Of a stretch of DNA of 64,000 bases, positions 56,013-64,000 are shown piece by piece; within the stretch, counting starts at the first letter, position 1, and every line of letters starts with the position of its first letter. Source of the DNA: the human T2T-CHM13v2.0 reference genome, Homo sapiens. The position numbers were made by a program, and so were the translations under genes. Location: assembly GCF_009914755.1 (NCBI RefSeq), contig NC_060925.1. The stretch is one strand, 5' to 3'. Below the pieces are notes generated by a model, which saw only the letters and a list, made by a program, of their open reading frames with translations, did not search any database and was not told the DNA's origin.

Positions 56013-56084
56013 CATTGACAGTCTAATGGTCATACTTGACATTTTCCATTGACAGTCTAGTGGTCATACTTGACATTTTCCATT
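56013..56084. repeat. 34-bp tandem duplication with 1 mismatch
   Basis: cattgacagtcta(a/g)tggtcatacttgacattttc x2, then catt. Confidence 0.95.
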
Positions 56085-57949
56085 ATATGTACCTAATACC
56101 TTGCATAATGGGTACCACAAAATAGACACTCGTGTGGGAGCAACGAAAAAATTAGACAACCAAAGTCTGAAGCCCTGTAAAAGCATTAGCTACTCTACGT
56201 TGAAAGGTGTAATAGAAAGGAGGATTTGTAAGTGGAAAGAAAAAGTAGAGATGCTGATGATATCATTTTACTAAATAGTAGTAAGCAATGTAGCATATTA
56301 TTGGTGGAATAAGAAATAAAAATATAAGCAAATTTCCTCATTTTACAAAAGTTCTCTAAATAAAAAAAAAATCTTAGACAATTATTTCTCTTTTTTTCTG
56401 ATTCTGAACATAGCAGCCATTTTCTTGGTTTCCCTTATATTTTACCACATGCATTAGATCTTTCATACCTTCTGCTATCTTATCTACCATCATCAGATCT
56501 GAGTTTCTGTGTATCTACATTGTTTTTATTTACATTTTCATTTTGTTACATTAGAATTAATGTTAATAACATGAAAAAAATATTGCATTTAGGAAACCTG
56601 ATTACTCATATCAGAATAACTTATATAGAAAATATCTGAGTGGAAGTTGAATACAGTTCTATTTATCTATCATCTATTTATGTAGAATATTTATTGACAA
56701 TTTAACATACTCAGGGTTTAAAAAATATTATAAATATCTTAACCATCTCATAAGTATTTTACTTAAAAGAGAATAGCCATCATGTTAACAGAATAATGAC
56801 AGTTCTATTGAAATAAAAATGTATCATAATGTTTTGTTGTATTTTCCTATTTAACTGTTTTGCATCAATAATTTTAATCCATGTAGGGATATTTTTACTT
56901 TGTAGTTAAATTATTTTGGCACTAAACAATGAATTATAATGTTTTGGATTTTACCACCAACACTTTTAAAGGTATTATTATCATTAATTTAAAGTATTTA
57001 AGCTTTGATATATTTTATATTCAAGAAGACCTATATTTACTTGTGTGTGTGTGCTTGTGTGTGGGTGTATTCCAAGGAAATACTTATGAAACAAAGCAGT
57101 TATTTAAAAATTCTTATTAATTGTAAAGTATTTGAAGAATATATTTTGACTCAGTAAGCCACCTAGAATGTAAGTTCCATCATGAAAAGGATTTTTTTTT
57201 TAACTACTATTTGCCCACTACGTGGAACAATGAGTGATACATTTCAGTAACTCCATATATGTTTAGAAAATGCACTGATTAATTTAAAAACATCCTAATA
57301 TATTTTATTTGTTCTAAATCTAAAGCTGAATATTATCTCTTTTGCATCATTATAAATATAGGTAAACAGAGGAAGTGTAAGCAACAATAGAATGTTTTGA
57401 TTATCTGAAATCATCATCAAAAATATGAAAAATTAGCTAAAATTAATTTGTGGCATTGCATTTAAACTTATATTTTTTTTAGTTGTTTCCTTTTACACAT
57501 AAACAAATGACAAGCATAGTTAATGACAGGAGTTTACTGGCTTGGACTTTAAATCCTTTCCCTTTTTTTCCTCGCTAAATTTGCTTTTTGGACACTTTAT
57601 TTATTTATCCTGCATATTTATTTCCATGAGTTTGGGTTTATTAAATTACAAATACTGGTAAAATCTTCACTCAATAAATCATTTATTATAATTTATTAGG
57701 TTTTTATGGATTGGAATAGTAGAAATGTGTACCCTGTTAAAATATGTTTTGTATATTAATCCCAGGAATCCCAGTGATATTAAGAAATTTAGTATAAGTT
57801 TCGTCTTTCCAAGTCTGTAAAGTTCTGAACCATGGTTTAATCATTTTATTCATTTTAAAATTAAAATGTTGGCAATTTAATTTTGTATGTTTAAACAGAC
57901 AGGTAATTAAAATAATAAATTGAAATATAAAATTAAAACTTACTACATC

Positions 57950-59311
<1,362 letters not shown>

Positions 59312-59679
59312 AAGATTCTAAAAAATAAATAAATAAATTTTCAGGTTTTACTATACATGGTGTATTTTGACTTTGCCGAAGTCAGATTTAATATTATCTA
59401 GATTTTAGCTTCACAGTGTTTTATAAAGTGAGAATACAATATCTGAAAAAATTCTGGATTCTTATTACTTGCTATGAATGATTATATTATATTACTTGAA
59501 AAGAGATATCTACAATTTTATAATCTCCATTCACATCTAAACATACATTTTCTTTTCATATTTTTAGATTTTATTCTACTTGCCTTTGAATCACTTTCAA
59601 TTCAAATGGGTTTTTAATTTAATCTGTTTTATTCTCAATATTCATTCAATATTTATTATTTTATTAAGATATTATTTGG

Positions 59680-60153
59680 TACAAGGTGAGAACAAAAAAA
59701 TGCGGTCTTAAGCCAGCTCCTTGGTGGGAGTTGGCCAGTTTGACTTTTTGAGCAGTTGAATACACCCAACCCCAACCACTTTCCTTTTTTAAGGAGGTTT
59801 CACACTCTTTTAAGGAGGTTTCACACTCTAAGTCCACTGTACACACATCCTAATTACCCCAAGCCAGGTACCAGACAACTAGGAATAGCACTGATTCCTG
59901 GAGGCTGAGAAATTACTCATATTAGTCAATCCACGGATAGCATACAAAACCTAACTACCCCACCTCATTTGCCATAAATAAGCTGCTGCTATGGCTACTG
60001 TTTGTTATCACCCTGTTTATGCGGTGCAACCCGCATTTGATTCTATCTGACAGTTTTCTCTCAATCTTGTCTGTAAGAGAGTTCTGCTTTTCATCTTCTC
60101 CAGTATCATTGTGCTGTGTCCTGCCATTAAAAGAATCTTTAAATCTTATAACA
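59680..60153 (+). mobile_element. ERVL-type solo LTR (MER74/MER54-like)
   Basis: ccaggtaccagacaactagg...tcatattagtcaatcc...aagaatctttaaatcttataaca. Confidence 0.55.
59788..59829. repeat. Perfect 21-bp tandem duplication
   Basis: tttaaggaggtttcacactct x2. Confidence 0.95.
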
Positions 60154-60866
60154 CTTCTGGAATATATTTCCAGATGAATTTAGAATTACCTAACATTTGA
60201 ATTTTGCACAGGATGTTATTAAATGCTTTCATTCTACACAAATAGCTTAAATAAAAACCAAATCATTAGGTAAATATTTATAAATTTTGCTTGGAGATTG
60301 TAAAATCCATTGCTCTTGATGAATTTGCAAGTCAAATGATAAGAATATGTTATTTTTTCTATATATCTTCTTCATACATGATCTTAAATTCCCACATAGT
60401 TAAAATATTGAGATATTTTTAGAGTGCCTTTAAATTAATTATTGCCTGGATTTTCATTTTAACAGAAATATTGACAAATTAGAAAACCTACTGTAGAGGA
60501 TGTGTAAGATAATAAGGGATTAGGAAATGAAGAATTGTAGAACCTGGTACAAAAACTACCACCTTTGTGGGAAATTCCTGTGATTCAGGAGGTTGCCTTT
60601 GCATGGATGAAAAGTAGACTCAGGATAATGTTAACAAAATATAGAGCAAAGTTTATATTTTCTTATGCCACCCCCACCACCCTTTATTTTAACTAAATTA
60701 CGCCTTTACTTGAGCAATCTTTCAGGTTCATTCTACTGGTTCGACAGATGGTACAGTAAACTTTTTGTTATTCTGAGACTCACAATTGAATTTCAGAATT
60801 TATTCAGGTTTCCCCTCAAACTTTAGACTTTTCATGAGTTGTTAAAAGTTTCATGGTGGTTTAGGC

Positions 60867-60897
<31 letters not shown>

Positions 60898-61525
60898 TGA
60901 ACACTGAAAATTTGTAGTTGTTTATTTTGTCAAACACAATTCCATTTTTTTTTTTTTACTTAAATTTTAGAACTACCCACAAAATGAATAGTGTGACCCA
61001 TTTGTTAACTTCCAATGCTTAAGAACAGCTAGAGGCCAAGAAATGATCTGAAAGTCTAAGTCTATTGAAAGGGGACTCTGCAATCAGTGGAATCTGGTTC
61101 TATTGTTAGGTCTAAGTGTAAATCAGACATGTTCTTGCATAAGTCATTTTGTTTCTGTGCTACATAGTGTTCTCAGTAGCAGCATTAAATTTTGAAACAG
61201 AAAAGCTCCAAAATTATTTCTGTTCAAAAATTGTTTTACCTCATGCCAATTTTTAATAGTTTAAATCAAAACACTGAGTATTTTAAGATATTTTGTTTTA
61301 TCCTCTATTTTTATTAAATTTTTTTCAGTGGAAGCAAGCTTTCTCTATTCCCAGATGAATATTCTTACATTCCCATGGAATTTTCTCTCTCCTTTCTCTT
61401 TGTTAACAGTTAATATTGGTAACTTTAAGTCATATCATCATCTCATTTTAGTGATTGGAATTTTTAGTTCTATTTAATATGAAAACAACTGAACTTGACA
61501 GCATAAAATACAACATTTTTAACTA

Positions 61526-61860
<335 letters not shown>

Positions 61861-62434
61861 AAAACAATTTATGTAATGCCTAAAGCCTTATTCACATTTA
61901 GTATCAATTGAATGCTAGCTATTTTTGAACATAATTTTAACACTGTGTGGAACACTTCATGTACGTTTTGTTATCTGGCACCAATGTTTAGGCTAAAATA
62001 AAATTTTGTATGTTGAGCATTCCTTTTGTTTTAAGTTTGTAGACTATGTACAGCTTAATGAATGAATAGAAAATAAATAATAGAAAAGTAAGTTGAAGTT
62101 ATATAACTTAATTTGAACAATTACAAGACCTGATTTTCAAAGATATGTTTCTTGTTTACAATTTGTATAACTTTTTTACAAGCATCTTTAAATGGATGAT
62201 TTCTTTGCCATTCAAATGACATTTCCATGGCGGTGGATTAAAAGAAAAAGCTGAAATAGTTTGAATAACAGAAGAATGGCATATTACTAGTGTTATAGAC
62301 ATAAACGAATTAAATAGAGAGGTGATAGATGTTTTGGTCTTCTGGGCTCCCAACAAAATCTTCATTAGTAATGTCCCATTTAACCTACCCATAATCACAG
62401 TTCTTATCATAAACTTTACTCTTTCCTACCTCTA

Positions 62435-62494
62435 TTCCCTCTTAATTTATCTGAGTTAAGTATTTTCCCTCTTAATTTATCTGAGTTAAGTATT
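62435..62494. repeat. Perfect 30-bp tandem duplication
   Basis: ttccctcttaatttatctgagttaagtatt x2. Confidence 0.97.
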
Positions 62495-63654
62495 TGAGGC
62501 TTTGCCTTGCATAATTGTGCTTCCAATCTGTCTCTGAAACCATTGCCGAGTAAGACCCTGATTACTTTACATCTTCTTACACCTACACTACAAAAACACT
62601 TTCCGTCTGTATCAGAAGTTCACCTTCTGTTAAAAGTAAAACATTCTCATGAGGGTGTATAAAAATGTGTAATTATAATTAAGTTATTCAAATAGATTTA
62701 TCTTCACTATATTTTTTTAATTTGTGATTTTATTACCTTTCAACAGATAAAATACCAAGGTTACAGAAATTGTAACTCACATGAATGCTCTAAAGAATGT
62801 GGTCAGAGTCTGATTATACTAGTTGGACTGACTTTGGTAAACTGTCCGTTATATGAGTCTCCTTACAAAGTTATTTTTAGCCATTTAACATTGTCACAGA
62901 TGGATCAATAAGAAAAATGGCCAATTTTGATTCTCTGACCTCTGCGATTTGATGAATTTCACATGCATTCATGATAACTATTATAATTGTTATAAGTAGA
63001 TCACTGGTCTTCTAAATCTATAGTACACTTAAGTGAATAAATTACTTGAATAGATATTATTTATGATTAATGATATGCAGATATAAAATCTGATTATTTT
63101 GGGGCATCAAAAAAATGAAAATTTTTTCAGCATAGTCATTGAAAAAATGCAAATGAAAAATAGATTATCTTCATGTACCAGAAATGTTTGCAACTTGTCC
63201 TCATGAATTATGTATGTGAATGGCTAATCACCATTATATTTTACAAATCTCTGTAAATAGCATCCCCATATACTGATGTTATGGGAACAAAAATAAGAGA
63301 GTATTAAATTGGGATTTAATGAACTCTTTCTTGTTGCACCCCCATCTAGTTTTAAATATATTATAATCATTGAAGTTCTGTACTTTAGGGGAAAGTTTGG
63401 CATGAGAGATAAAGTTTTATTCATAGCCATATTTTGTTGGTGTCTATATTATGTATAGCGATTTGAGAGGTGTAATCTCCATTCCAGATGGGTCCACTTA
63501 AATAAGAGGTTTAAAAAGTAGTAAAAAAACTTTATTTCAGTTTTTTAAATAAAAAAGTATATTGCAAAATTATTCTTCTTTTCTAATTCTGATGAGACCA
63601 TCAGATGTTTGCTTATATGGGTTATTTTCAAAACATATTTTGGTAAATTAATAG

Positions 63655-64000
63655 GAAAAATCACCCCAGTTCTTCACATCTCCTTGTATCCATGACTTCA
63701 GCAAAATGAGTTTGCATCTCCTCAAAATCAAGAGAGGGAGACTGTGCATTCCACCGCTGAATTTGGGTGGCCTTGGGTTTTGTTTTAGCCAATAGAATAC
63801 CATAGATATGTCAGTTCCCAAACTAGCTCTCAATAGGCCTTGAAATCTCCTACTGTCACTCATGAACTTCAGCTACCATCATGAGAATAAGCTCAGATAT
63901 ACCTTCTGAAAGATGGGAAATTCGTGGAACAAGCTGAATCTTCTTACTCAATACCATCCAACATATGTAATTGAGTCCTACAGAGACCAGAAAAACCACC
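63655..64000 (+). mobile_element. MLT1F/G/H-like LTR running off the right edge
   Basis: ttcttcacatctccttgtatccatg...ggccttgggttttgttttagccaatagaat...ccatcatgagaataagctcag. Confidence 0.65.

Overview
This is AT-rich, non-coding primate genomic DNA (human or another ape, judging from AluY and AluYe-type elements), resembling a gene desert or a large intron. I find no credible protein-coding gene, RNA gene or CRISPR array. Almost all listed ORFs are fragments of repeats or chance ORFs. The window is a layered record of transposons: L1 fragments of many ages, six Alus, a complete two-LTR THE1D/MSTA-type MaLR element with a CAGCA target-site duplication, solo MaLR/ERV LTRs, L2/MIR relics, MITEs, and a near-full-length Charlie3 hAT transposon with a decayed transposase. 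The most notable structures are: (1) a ~370-bp copy of the nearby L1M 5' region (6810-7166) pasted into the Charlie3 transposase (4479-4846) with no TSD or poly(A); (2) a long palindrome with an Alu inserted at its loop (51312-51754), whose TSD duplicates a consensus splice donor; (3) a fold-back hairpin with a perfect 21-bp core next to another Alu (39455-39552). Subfamily names come from recalled consensus motifs, not from a database search, and boundaries of old repeats are approximate. I did not find a new biological system.
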